Shown here piece by piece: positions 1-8,436 of a stretch of 51,496 nucleotides of DNA. The notes beneath the pieces are model-generated. The model was given only the letters and a program-made list of their open reading frames with translations. It ran no database searches and was not told where the DNA came from. Every line of letters starts with the position of its first letter. The stretch's first letter is position 1. The stretch lies in the IMG/VR virus record IMGVR_UViG_3300021178_000015, positions 1 through 51,496 of that record; one strand, written 5' to 3'. The stretch is from a virus. Its lineage: Duplodnaviria > Caudoviricetes. The position numbers and the translations under genes were made by a program.

Positions 1-48
1 GGTGGTGGTGGTGGTCCCGGTGGTGGCGGTCCCGGTGGTGGCGGTCCC
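1..48 (+). repeat. 15-bp tandem repeat (ggtcccggtggtggc) encoding GGGGP, left end
   Basis: Seen directly; the same unit occurs at the right end. Confidence 0.9.
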
Positions 49-2211
49 GCGCCAACGCCCATCACGATTGCCGGCCAACCGGTCGCGCCCCGCGTACCCC
101 CAGGCGGGACGCCCGGTTACTTCCCGGCGATGCAGCGCATTGAAAGCGGCAACGAAAAAACGCCGTGGACTGCCGGTACGCCGAAGACCAGCGCGAGCGG
201 CGCATTTCAAATGACGGATGCAACGTGGCTGGAAAACCGCCCGGCCGGCGTGACCGCGATGCGCGCCAAAGATGCGACGCCGGCACAGCAGACGCAAGCG
301 GCCGAAACGTTTACGGCGAAGAATGCCGGAAAGTTGCAGCAAAACAACCTGCCCGTGAACGATGTTAACTTGTACGTCGCGCATAACCTGGGCGCAAACG
401 GCGCTGCGAAACTGCTGCATGCGGACCCGAACGCCGACGCCCGTACGGTTGTCGGCGACGTGGCTGCGAACAACAATCCGATGTTCTACAAGGGCAGGCC
501 TACGGTTGCGGTAGCCATGCAGCGCTACGCTGCGGAAATGGGCAAAGGCACGGCACAGCAGCCGGTCAATACCGCTTCGCTGCCCGACGTCGGCGCGGCG
601 CCATGGAACGGCGCAACGACGCCCCAGGGTGACCGCATTGCAACGCCGGCAGAGCGTGCTGCCGGGCCGGTAGTAGGCAACGCGCCCGCGATCGGCAGCA
701 CCGTAGGCAGCATTGCCGGCGCGGCGGCTGGCGGGCCCGTGGGTTCTGTGGCGGGTGGCGCGGCTGGTGGCGGAGCCGGCCAAGCGTTTCAGAGCTGGAT
801 GCGCGGCGAAAGCCAAGACCCGGTGAAGATCGCGAAGCAAGCCGCGCTCGGTGGCGTCCTGGGTATCGCGCCGGAAGCAAGGCCGTTGCTTGGCGCTGCG
901 GCTCGTGTTGGCGGCGCTGCGGCAGTTGATGCCGGCGCGACCGCGGCAGGGGGCGGAAGCACGGCGGACGTAATCGACAGTGCGGTGGAAGGCGGGAGCT
1001 ATGCGCTTGGCGGCGAAATGCTGGGGCGCTTCATTTCCGCGCTGGGCCCGGCTGCGCATCGCGTGTTGTCGAACTACAAGCCGGATGCGCAAGTACAAAT
1101 GTCGGAAATGGCCGGCAAGTTGTCCGAAGCACGCAAGACGCTGGAAACGGAGGAACCGAAGATTGCCGGGGCTGCGGGTGCCAGCTCGCCCAATCCGAAG
1201 TACGACGCAGCGAAGGCCCAGGAAGAAGCCGCGAGCGAATTTATCAAGGCGCACGGGCAGAGCCCTGAAGACATGGTGTACGCATACGATCAGGCGAAGG
1301 GCCCGACGCCTACATCTGCCGGTGAAGCGTTTACGATGCGCCGAGCCAATTCGGAGCGCGCCAACGTATCGGCCGGCTATAACGAGCTGCGCCAGCAAGT
1401 GAACGATACCGGCGTTGGCGCACCGAAGCCGAACCAGCCCGTACCAGACGGTCCGGTTGCGCAGCTCCGTACGGCAGACAACATGACCGGCAGCGTTCCG
1501 GAACAGTTCCGGCCGCAAGCTGAACATGCGGAAATGCTGATAAAGGCGCCGGCTCAGAACTGGGGTCAGAAGTGGCAACAGTTGCAAGACGCCGGTTCTG
1601 AGCTGATTAGGCAGCGCATGGACTTCTTGAACGCGGGAGACAAGACCAGCGCCACCGCAATGAACAATCTTTTCCAAGGCGTACGGAACCAACAGAAGGC
1701 CGCAGCCGAATACGTGTTCGGTGCCGATCGCGGCAAGGCGATTATCAGCAACCTTGAAAATCTTGACCAGCGTTACGCCAAGGTCATGAACGCCACCAAC
1801 GGCATGAATTACGAAAAGATGCGAACGACGCTCGCGGCCGGCAACACGCCGGAAGCGCGCGAGCTGGAAAAGAATTTCACCGAATTTGCGAAGGGCGACC
1901 CATCGGCAATGCGCGCGTTCAACGCAATGAAGGCCGGCGCGAAGGGCGATTGGAAGTCAGAAGCGGCGCTGATGACGCCGATCATTGCCGGCGAAGCTGC
2001 GACTAACGCCAGCGGCATCCCGACGCTGGGCGCGGTAAGTGCTGCGATCGGCGGGTATCGTCTGTACAAGATTGCGCAAGGCTACATGAACGCGCGCATT
2101 CTGGGCAAAGCCGTGATGTTCAAAGATTTCTTAGCCAACGAAGCGAAGAACGGCTTTCCGAGCCTCGCCCAAGGTGCGGCGCAACGCGGAGCCGTACAGG
2201 GGGCGCAGTAA
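1..2211 (+). CDS. C-terminal part of large DNA-ejection/internal virion protein with lytic transglycosylase (lysozyme-like) domain
   Basis: Frame 1 is open from base 1; motif IESG...SASGAFQMTDATW...LYVAHNLG, then an Ala/Gly-rich helical region; likely continues the ORF starting at 49668. Confidence 0.8.
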   Translation, partial: GGGGGPGGGGPGGGGPAPTPITIAGQPVAPRVPPGGTPGYFPAMQRIESGNEKTPWTAGTPKTSASGAFQMTDATWLENRPAGVTAMRAKDATPAQQTQAAETFTAKNAGKLQQNNLPVNDVNLYVAHNLGANGAAKLLHADPNADARTVVGDVAANNNPMFYKGRPTVAVAMQRYAAEMGKGTAQQPVNTASLPDVGAAPWNGATTPQGDRIATPAERAAGPVVGNAPAIGSTVGSIAGAAAGGPVGSVAGGAAGGGAGQAFQSWMRGESQDPVKIAKQAALGGVLGIAPEARPLLGAAARVGGAAAVDAGATAAGGGSTADVIDSAVEGGSYALGGEMLGRFISALGPAAHRVLSNYKPDAQVQMSEMAGKLSEARKTLETEEPKIAGAAGASSPNPKYDAAKAQEEAASEFIKAHGQSPEDMVYAYDQAKGPTPTSAGEAFTMRRANSERANVSAGYNELRQQVNDTGVGAPKPNQPVPDGPVAQLRTADNMTGSVPEQFRPQAEHAEMLIKAPAQNWGQKWQQLQDAGSELIRQRMDFLNAGDKTSATAMNNLFQGVRNQQKAAAEYVFGADRGKAIISNLENLDQRYAKVMNATNGMNYEKMRTTLAAGNTPEARELEKNFTEFAKGDPSAMRAFNAMKAGAKGDWKSEAALMTPIIAGEAATNASGIPTLGAVSAAIGGYRLYKIAQGYMNARILGKAVMFKDFLANEAKNGFPSLAQGAAQRGAVQGAQ

Positions 2212-2453
2212 TGAGTGACGATAATGATACCCGGCCGAAGTCACCGAGAGAGCTGGTGGAGCGGCTAGAGTTTTATGGAAAGGCTGTGAGCGCGCTAGGC
2301 GGATTAAATGATCTTGATTGGTCATTGTATGCGGCCGCAGAAATGCTGACTTATTATTTGGACCGCGATGCCGCGCGAGACGCTGAGCGTACTGCGCTTA
2401 CGGACCCTGTTTCGATTTTGCAAGATGCTAGCGTACGTCGGGGCAAAGAGTAA
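2211..2453 (+). CDS. Hypothetical protein
   Basis: 80 aa ORF, stop/start coupled on both sides. Confidence 0.65.
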   Translation: MSDDNDTRPKSPRELVERLEFYGKAVSALGGLNDLDWSLYAAAEMLTYYLDRDAARDAERTALTDPVSILQDASVRRGKE

Positions 2454-2740
2454 TGGCACGCAATGAAGCGCACATGCATTTGCCGCTAATCGACCGGCTG
2501 GCGGAGCAGTTGAAAGACAGCGGCACGCCGAGCCACACAGCGCGAGACATGGCGTTATCGATTTTGCGTGACCGCGGACACGTGCATACCAACTCCGAGC
2601 AGCTTACGGCAGAAGGTGCGCGACGCGATCAGATGGGGGCCGCTGGCAGGGCAATCGACCGTGCTTCGAAGGCCAGCGGCAAGTCGGCGGAGCACTATGA
2701 GTACGATACGAAAACCAACCGCGCCGTACTCAAGAGGTAA
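2453..2740 (+). CDS. Hypothetical protein
   Basis: 95 aa ORF, TAATG coupling with the upstream gene. Confidence 0.7.
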   Translation: MARNEAHMHLPLIDRLAEQLKDSGTPSHTARDMALSILRDRGHVHTNSEQLTAEGARRDQMGAAGRAIDRASKASGKSAEHYEYDTKTNRAVLKR

Positions 2741-2751
2741 AACGTTTAAAC

Positions 2752-3072
2752 GTGTCGTTATTTCCGTGGCTCAGTCAACCGCCGCCAACGCTCAAAGAGT
2801 TGACGCCACGGGAGCGCATGCTTGAACGGCTCAAGTTCGGCGTGCCGCTAGAGCTTGCGGCGCGTGCGGCCGGGCTCCGTCCGGAAAACCTCAAGGAAGA
2901 CCCGGAAGTTGATAAGGCGATGGCCGAAGGCGAGATTTTGCTATTCGAACGCGCGCGAGACAGCAGCGTAACGGGCATTGTACGGGCCGCTATGCGTCGG
3001 GAAGCGGAGAGTTGGTTACCCAAGGCGGAACCCAGTTCGGCGGGCTCGCTTGAAGACCTTTTGCGGGATTAA
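2752..3072 (+). CDS. Putative terminase small subunit / HTH protein
   Basis: 106 aa; GVPLELAARAAGL HTH-like segment followed by a helical region; function is inference. Confidence 0.4.
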   Translation: MSLFPWLSQPPPTLKELTPRERMLERLKFGVPLELAARAAGLRPENLKEDPEVDKAMAEGEILLFERARDSSVTGIVRAAMRREAESWLPKAEPSSAGSLEDLLRD

Positions 3073-3232
3073 TTTTATTCATCCACGGCGCGCGGTTGTT
3101 TGCGTCTCGTTTCAAACACGCGGGGATACCGTCGTACTTTGCGCATTCTGCTGGGTGCAGACAAGACGGACAGTTAATGTTTTCGCAACGGGACGGATAA
3201 GGGTCCAGCTTAGTTTCCCAGGGTAACGTCAT
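2990..3232 (-). CDS. Hypothetical Cys-rich protein (MTLPWETK...)
   Basis: GGAG RBS before ATG at 3232; Cys cluster; converges on and overlaps the 2752-3072 gene. Confidence 0.5.
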   Translation of the reverse strand: MTLPWETKLDPYPSRCENINCPSCLHPAECAKYDGIPACLKRDANNRAPWMNKINPAKGLQASPPNWVPPWVTNSPLPDA

Positions 3233-3289
3233 TTCGACGGCTCCGTATTTATGTGCTGCCGACATTCGTACGCCGGCAGCACAAATATT

Positions 3290-3445
3290 TTAGCGTGTGC
3301 GACCCATGTACACAACGCGAATTGGCTGCGCCGATTTCGTGACCTGCCAACCGACGATATCGGATATCGTCAGAAATACGAGCCCCAACACAACAACGGC
3401 GCCAAAACTCAGGAAAACTCCGACAAGCAAGCGTGCGAGTACCAT
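3290..3445 (-). CDS. Small membrane protein (51 aa, MVLARLLVGVFLSFG...)
   Basis: Translated by hand; AAAGGAGG RBS and an upstream TTGACA promoter near 3537; one hydrophobic helix. Confidence 0.65.
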   Translation of the reverse strand: MVLARLLVGVFLSFGAVVVLGLVFLTISDIVGWQVTKSAQPIRVVYMGRTR

Positions 3446-3556
3446 TTCAACCTCCTTTGCGTGTTGTACACATTTTTCTGTACAAACGTAGTACGTACAG
3501 CGCTGTACACATAGTTCCGTACAAGGAACATGTCAAGCCGCTACATTTAGGCCCCA

Positions 3557-3605
3557 TTGTCATACACCCCACAAAATGTGGACAAAAACCCTTGATGTAT
3601 GACAA
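3557..3605. promoter_or_regulatory. Inverted pair of TGTATGACAA operator-like sites in divergent promoter region
   Basis: ttgtcataca 3557-3566 and tgtatgacaa 3596-3605; the motif recurs at 22426, 22440 and 29056. Confidence 0.6.
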
Positions 3606-3665
3606 TCCGGCGTGTTATCGGTGATTTGGTGAAGATTTCCAACCGCGCCCATAGGAGGCTATACC

Positions 3666-4403
3666 GTGCAAATTGTTAACCAGCCCATTTTGGGCGGCGG
3701 CTTCCGCCACTATTCCGGTTTGCTGCCCGCGATCAACGCAGCCGGCGACCCGTTCCACGCTTCTGTGAGGCTTTTCCACGTCCCGGCTGCGGACACCAAC
3801 GCGATGTTCCGCGGTGATATCGCCGTTGCGTCGTCGGGCTCGATCGGTACCCAAGGCGGCGCCGACAACCCGGCCAACATCGGCCCGCCGGCCGCGAACC
3901 CGGCAACCACCGTCATCGGCAATGGCGGTGGTTCGGGTCTGGGCAACCAATCGATTGCGCCGAACATCACGCGTTGGGTGCCCGCCGATACCACGTCGCT
4001 GATTGTCGGCGCCATTGTCGGCTTCGGTCCGATCACGCTGTACATGGCCAAGAACGGCTTCCAGTACAAACCGGCGAGCTTCGAAGCGTGGTTCTGGGTG
4101 GAGACGGACCCCGGCATGGAATTTACCGCGACTGTGCCCACGGTGCCCGGGACCGCGTTCAATTTGCAGCTCATGGACGGTATCGACGTGAAGGCGAACG
4201 CGGGCTTTCAGGCGACGCGCTTCGGCGTCTCCGGTCTTTCGCTGGACCCGGCAACGATTGCGACCACGGCCACGCTGCCATTGCGCATCCTGGGTTCGGG
4301 CGAGCAGATCGGCAACGACCCCACTTCGCCGGGCTTCGTCGCGAAGGTGACTTTCAACAAGAGCCGGCACGCATTCGCCAACGGCGTGAACGTCGCCGAC
4401 TAA
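3666..4403 (+). CDS. Putative head decoration/cement protein
   Basis: AGGAGG RBS; resembles the beta-rich protein (GFR...MFRGDI...TATLPLRILG) that usually precedes this type of major capsid gene. Confidence 0.6.
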   Translation: MQIVNQPILGGGFRHYSGLLPAINAAGDPFHASVRLFHVPAADTNAMFRGDIAVASSGSIGTQGGADNPANIGPPAANPATTVIGNGGGSGLGNQSIAPNITRWVPADTTSLIVGAIVGFGPITLYMAKNGFQYKPASFEAWFWVETDPGMEFTATVPTVPGTAFNLQLMDGIDVKANAGFQATRFGVSGLSLDPATIATTATLPLRILGSGEQIGNDPTSPGFVAKVTFNKSRHAFANGVNVAD

Positions 4404-4471
4404 CGAGAACATGGCGAGAGCGTCCGTACGCTCTCGCTTCTCACTGCACCCTGAAACGAGGATACAGGACA

Positions 4472-5050
4472 ATGAAGGAATTTCTTTCCAAACTGAAGGG
4501 TGCAACGCTCGCGATTGCGGCCGTTGTTGCTCTGTTGCTGCCCACCGATGGCGCCTTGGCGCAGACCGTGGTTGCGCTTCCGAACAACGTTATCATCAAC
4601 AGCGTTCTGGACATGGGCAACGGCCCCATGGAACTGAAGGTGCTGCAAGGCAACGGCTGGCTGTTCACCGCGCAGGGTGCCGGCGTCGGCTCCACGTCGG
4701 GTTCGTCCACCACGTTGACGCTCACGGCGACGGCAGCCGCGGACCCGCCATGTGTGGGTTGCGAAATTTCCGGCGCCGGCATTACGTCGGGCACCACCGT
4801 GGCAGCGTTCAACGGCACGACCACCATTACGCTCTCCGCGGCGATGACGGTTGCGGCGTCCACTCCGCTTGCCTGGGGCATGGCTTGTCCGACCTTCGCT
4901 TCGTTGCTGGGCCTGCCTCCGGTGCCGAACGTCGGCTTGCCATCTAGCGGCGGGCCTGACTTGCCGCTGTACACGCAAGCGCGTGTCTGCCTTCTGGCGC
5001 AGAATGGCCCCGGTCTTACCGTACTTCCGTTCCCGATCGGCGCACATTAA
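4472..5050 (+). CDS. Signal-peptide-bearing virion appendage-like protein
   Basis: MKEFLSKLKGATLAIAAVVALLLPTDGALA-Q; ISGAGITSGTTV...TTITLS tail-like beta repeat; 4 Cys. Confidence 0.7.
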   Translation: MKEFLSKLKGATLAIAAVVALLLPTDGALAQTVVALPNNVIINSVLDMGNGPMELKVLQGNGWLFTAQGAGVGSTSGSSTTLTLTATAAADPPCVGCEISGAGITSGTTVAAFNGTTTITLSAAMTVAASTPLAWGMACPTFASLLGLPPVPNVGLPSSGGPDLPLYTQARVCLLAQNGPGLTVLPFPIGAH

Positions 5051-5062
5051 CAGCGCCTAGCA

Positions 5063-5092
5063 GCCGGGGGCTTCGGCTCCCGGTTTCACTTT
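5063..5092 (+). terminator. Probable intrinsic terminator hairpin
   Basis: agccgggggc-ttcg-gctcccggtt followed by a short T-rich tract. Confidence 0.5.
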
Positions 5093-5111
5093 CAACCGGA
5101 GGATTGCTCCC

Positions 5112-5405
5112 ATGCGTAAATATTTTGCTTGCGCGTTCGCGATGTCGCTTGCTTTCTCCGCTCCGATCGCGGCTGCGGCGCAGACTTCCAAGCAGGGCAT
5201 GCCAACCATTCATGTTCCGTACAGCGGCGCGGTTAAGGTGCCCTTCATGACGACTGCGCAGCTCCCGATTTGCGACAGCTTCAACATCGGCATCATCCTA
5301 GGCGTCACCGATGCAACGACGCCGACGTACAACGGAGCCGTGACCGGCGGCAGCAACGTTGCCGTGCTTGTCGTGTGCAACGGCGCTGCTTGGAAATCGA
5401 TGTAG
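5112..5405 (+). CDS. Small signal-peptide-bearing protein with tail-fibre-type domain
   Basis: MRKYFACAFAMSLAFSAPIAAAA-Q; TTAQLPIC...VTDA...GG...VVCNGAAW resembles phage fibre C-terminal modules. Confidence 0.7.
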   Translation: MRKYFACAFAMSLAFSAPIAAAAQTSKQGMPTIHVPYSGAVKVPFMTTAQLPICDSFNIGIILGVTDATTPTYNGAVTGGSNVAVLVVCNGAAWKSM

Positions 5406-5420
5406 CAAGGAGTTGCCGCC

Positions 5421-5738
5421 GTGGCTATGAACCCCATCGTCTCCATTCCGCGCGACTATCAGCAGTGGTCGAACAACGTCATTCCGGTTATCGACTTTCA
5501 GTGCAAAGCCGGTGTGTACACGCTCACGGCGACGGCCTCGGTGTGGGGTACGGCGCAGCTTCAGCGCATGATTGCGGACCCGGTGTTGGGTGCGGAGTAC
5601 ATTAACATCGGTGCTTCGATTGTCGCCAACGGATTGTACGAGTACCACTTGGCGGCGGGGCAGTATCATTTGGCCGTTGCGGGTACGACGGGCTTTTCCG
5701 GCGTGTTCGAGCGTACCGGTTCGTGGGCAGGAAGGTAG
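5421..5738 (+). CDS. Hypothetical virion protein
   Basis: AAGGAG RBS, 105 aa, beta-rich. Confidence 0.7.
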   Translation: MAMNPIVSIPRDYQQWSNNVIPVIDFQCKAGVYTLTATASVWGTAQLQRMIADPVLGAEYINIGASIVANGLYEYHLAAGQYHLAVAGTTGFSGVFERTGSWAGR

Positions 5739-5741
5739 CGC

Positions 5742-6038
5742 ATGCGCGTAACGATTATTCGAGACGACAATTTCGTGAGCGTGGATGGCGAGGGCTACAA
5801 GGTCGATTGCAGTTCGCTGCCCGCCGACTTTCACGCGTTGCAGTGGACTGGTGCCACGGGCGAAGTTGAGTACCGCATGACGGTGTGTACGCATTGCGGT
5901 GCGCGTTCGAAGAAGCCCAACGCGACGATTGCCGATACGACGGAGTTCAAGCCGCAACTTGATGGCTGGCATGCTGCAAAGTTGGCGGCCGATGCAAAAA
6001 AGAAGGCCAAAGCCGATGCTGCCAGACTTGAAGGTTAG
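5742..6038 (+). CDS. Tail-fibre-associated hypothetical protein
   Basis: RVTIIRDD...VSVDG...FHALQW...GEVEY pattern seen beside phage tail fibre genes. Confidence 0.6.
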   Translation: MRVTIIRDDNFVSVDGEGYKVDCSSLPADFHALQWTGATGEVEYRMTVCTHCGARSKKPNATIADTTEFKPQLDGWHAAKLAADAKKKAKADAARLEG

Positions 6039-6327
6039 GTGCCCCGCGACCGGCTTTACGCGCGCGTGCCGTGAAATCTTGGCGGAGTGCGAATGTCCGA
6101 AATTCGTCAGTATCAAGGGTACGGACCCGCAAACCGGCGCGATCGTTGATCGGCACGGTTGCGTTGACAGCTTCCTGCCGCTACTGTTGATTGAAAACGC
6201 CCAGGTATCGCGGCAGATCGGCGCGGCTATCGAGAGTTTCCGCAATGAAGTTGTGAAGGCAAACGATAGCGCAATGGAGGAACGACAGCGGCTTTTCAGC
6301 GCGGCGCGGCAGCAACTTTTAGGGTAA
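6016..6327 (+). CDS. Conserved tail-fibre-associated hypothetical protein
   Basis: CP...GTDPQTG...GC...LPLLLIENAQVSRQIGAAIESFRNEVVKAN pattern common in phages. Confidence 0.7.
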   Translation: MLPDLKVRCPATGFTRACREILAECECPKFVSIKGTDPQTGAIVDRHGCVDSFLPLLLIENAQVSRQIGAAIESFRNEVVKANDSAMEERQRLFSAARQQLLG

Positions 6328-6333
6328 AGCGTC

Positions 6334-6615
6334 ATGCAAATCTATAACCGGGGATCAACAGTGCATCACCACCTTGACACGCTTAACTGGCCGGTAGCCG
6401 GCGTTACGGTGGTGTCTTGGCCGTGGTTGAACGAGCTTTGGGCCTACGTTCCGGCCCCCACGGCGGTCTACATGATTGTGTCGGCGGCCTTTATGTTGTT
6501 CCAGATGTCTGATAAGCTGGGGCTGCTGCATCGTTTCAAGCGCCATGCGCCGGAAACGCCAGAAGATCGGCGGGCAACTTCCATCATCAAGGAACTGCCG
6601 GACGCCCCACAATAG
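6334..6615 (+). CDS. Membrane protein, possible holin
   Basis: 93 aa, two hydrophobic segments and a charged C-terminus. Confidence 0.45.
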   Translation: MQIYNRGSTVHHHLDTLNWPVAGVTVVSWPWLNELWAYVPAPTAVYMIVSAAFMLFQMSDKLGLLHRFKRHAPETPEDRRATSIIKELPDAPQ

Positions 6616-6626
6616 GAGCACTGAGC

Positions 6627-6956
6627 ATGAGCGTTTTTAAGGGTCACAAGTCCGGCTTTAACCCCAAGGGCAGTAACGCATGCGTGCCCAACGAAATGGG
6701 GCCGCCAACGACGAAGTTCGGCGGGCGCCCTGCGGTGCCGGCCGGGCCGTTGAAGCGCTACCCGGGCGCCGCTGCGGACATTTCGAACGGCAATCGCCGG
6801 CTTGCCAAGGCCAGCCACGGCGAAGGCGAAGGCAGCGGCGTGACCTTCAGTGGCGCCCCCAGCGGCTTCAAAAACACGGGCGGCGTGTCCAGCGGTCGCA
6901 AACCCGGCGGCATGGATGGCAAGCGCAGCAAGGCCATGTCGTACAATAAGAAGTGA
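6627..6956 (+). CDS. Basic Gly/Lys-rich hypothetical protein
   Basis: AGGAG RBS; low-complexity basic 109 aa. Confidence 0.7.
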   Translation: MSVFKGHKSGFNPKGSNACVPNEMGPPTTKFGGRPAVPAGPLKRYPGAAADISNGNRRLAKASHGEGEGSGVTFSGAPSGFKNTGGVSSGRKPGGMDGKRSKAMSYNKK

Positions 6957-6968
6957 TGGAGCCGTACA

Positions 6969-7382
6969 ATGTTCTATCGCCCGGGCGGTACGGCTAAGGC
7001 GCCCAACCGGCAGTACGATACGGTCTATGCCGACACCATCGGCCTAGCCACCGATTGGCTGCCGATCAATAAGGGCGATACGATCGCGGTCAACATCGCA
7101 CGCGCGTCCATTGTGTTTGCGAGCGCTGCGCAAAGCGCCGTGACCGCAACGCCGGTTGCGCCGGAAGCAACCGTGGTCATGGAATTGGCCGTTTTGGGCG
7201 GCGCAGCTCCGATCAAGTTCCCGATCGATAACTGGCAGAACGTGGTGGTTGCCACGTCACGCCGGGCACACCGCGCGGGCTTTGTGCGGCTCAAGATTTT
7301 GAATATCAACAACGGCGACGGTACGGGCCTCTTGATGGGCCTGCAAATCAGCCGTACGGGTGAAAGCGGAGCGGTGACCTAG
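6969..7382 (+). CDS. Hypothetical virion protein
   Basis: GGAG RBS, 137 aa, beta-rich. Confidence 0.7.
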   Translation: MFYRPGGTAKAPNRQYDTVYADTIGLATDWLPINKGDTIAVNIARASIVFASAAQSAVTATPVAPEATVVMELAVLGGAAPIKFPIDNWQNVVVATSRRAHRAGFVRLKILNINNGDGTGLLMGLQISRTGESGAVT

Positions 7383-8011
7383 TGGGCGGTTTCGATAACG
7401 GGTCAATTCAAGGCGGCGTCTTTTTTCAGGCCAAGCAATTCGGCCCGATATTGCGTGGCGCCGGGCCGCCCGTGCCGCAAGCCGGTGTCGTTGGTGACAC
7501 CTATATCGATACGCAAACATGGTTTCTGTACGCTAAACGGAGCGCGGATAATACGGACCCTTGGGGCCGTTATCTGTTTCAGGTGCCGGTGACGTATCGT
7601 ACGGCGCTGAAGTGGTTTAGCGCGTACGCGCCAGACGATAGCGTCGGCATCTCGGGCGACTATTGCTTGCTTTGGGGTGGTTGGTCCAATTACGGCATGC
7701 AACCGTCGATCTACGGGCCCAAGCAAGCTATTTCGTGGCCTGAAAACGGCAACGGTGGTACCGTTTCAATTGCAGTTGCGGGCGCCGGAACTGTGTTGCC
7801 AGTCGGCTTGCTGGACGAAGGCGCACCGTTGACGTACAGCACGTCAACGCAGTTGATCGCGGTCGGCCTAGTGGACGAATTTATCCTCGCCGTGCCGGTC
7901 ACTGCGAATGCCGGCGACCCGGTAACGCAGCAAGGCCTGCAATCGGGTCCGGCTGCCGTCGCTGTCGTGCTCAACCCGTTGTACACCGCCCAGGACGGTC
8001 ACGCATTGTGA
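7382..8011 (+). CDS. Tail-associated protein, paralog family A copy 1
   Basis: Shares GFDNG-QGGVFFQ-KQFG...TDPWG-YLFQVP...GDYCL-WGG-NYG-QPSI-GPK...LNPLYTA with the next gene. Confidence 0.75.
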   Translation: MGGFDNGSIQGGVFFQAKQFGPILRGAGPPVPQAGVVGDTYIDTQTWFLYAKRSADNTDPWGRYLFQVPVTYRTALKWFSAYAPDDSVGISGDYCLLWGGWSNYGMQPSIYGPKQAISWPENGNGGTVSIAVAGAGTVLPVGLLDEGAPLTYSTSTQLIAVGLVDEFILAVPVTANAGDPVTQQGLQSGPAAVAVVLNPLYTAQDGHAL

Positions 8012-8436
8012 GCGGATTTGACAACGGAACACTTCAAGGCGGCGTTTTCTTCCAGTCGAAACAATTCGGCTCGATCATTCGCGGCCTGGGCCCGCCGGGA
8101 CCGGCTGCCGGCGTGCAAGGCGATTTGTATATCGACGTGTTGTCGTGGTTCTTGTACACCAAGCGCGCGATTGACGATACGGACCCTTGGGGCCACTATC
8201 TGTTTCAAGTACCAGCGACGTATCAAGCGCAGCTTAAGTGGTTCGGCGCTTCTATTCCGACGAATGACGTAGGCATAAACGGCGACTACTGTCTGGTCTG
8301 GGGTGGATATCCGAACTACGGTCTGCAACCTTCGATCCTGGGACCGAAGGCCGCGGGCGCGTGGCCGGGCTCGCCGAATGCCGTCGCCGTGACGTTGAAC
8401 CCGTTGTACACTGCGGAAGATACCCATGGTATTTAA
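8008..8436 (+). CDS. Tail-associated protein, paralog family A copy 2
   Basis: Clear paralog of 7382-8011 lacking an internal insert; GTGA coupling. Confidence 0.75.
   Translation: MSGFDNGTLQGGVFFQSKQFGSIIRGLGPPGPAAGVQGDLYIDVLSWFLYTKRAIDDTDPWGHYLFQVPATYQAQLKWFGASIPTNDVGINGDYCLVWGGYPNYGLQPSILGPKAAGAWPGSPNAVAVTLNPLYTAEDTHGI

Noticed and set aside
1-48. Terminal repeats as physical direct terminal repeats or telomeres
   Set aside because: They are in-frame coding GGGGP repeats, better explained as an assembly break
3974-4471. N-terminal extension of the 358-aa ORF
   Set aside because: Overlaps the 3666-4403 gene; the RBS and signal peptide support a start at 4472
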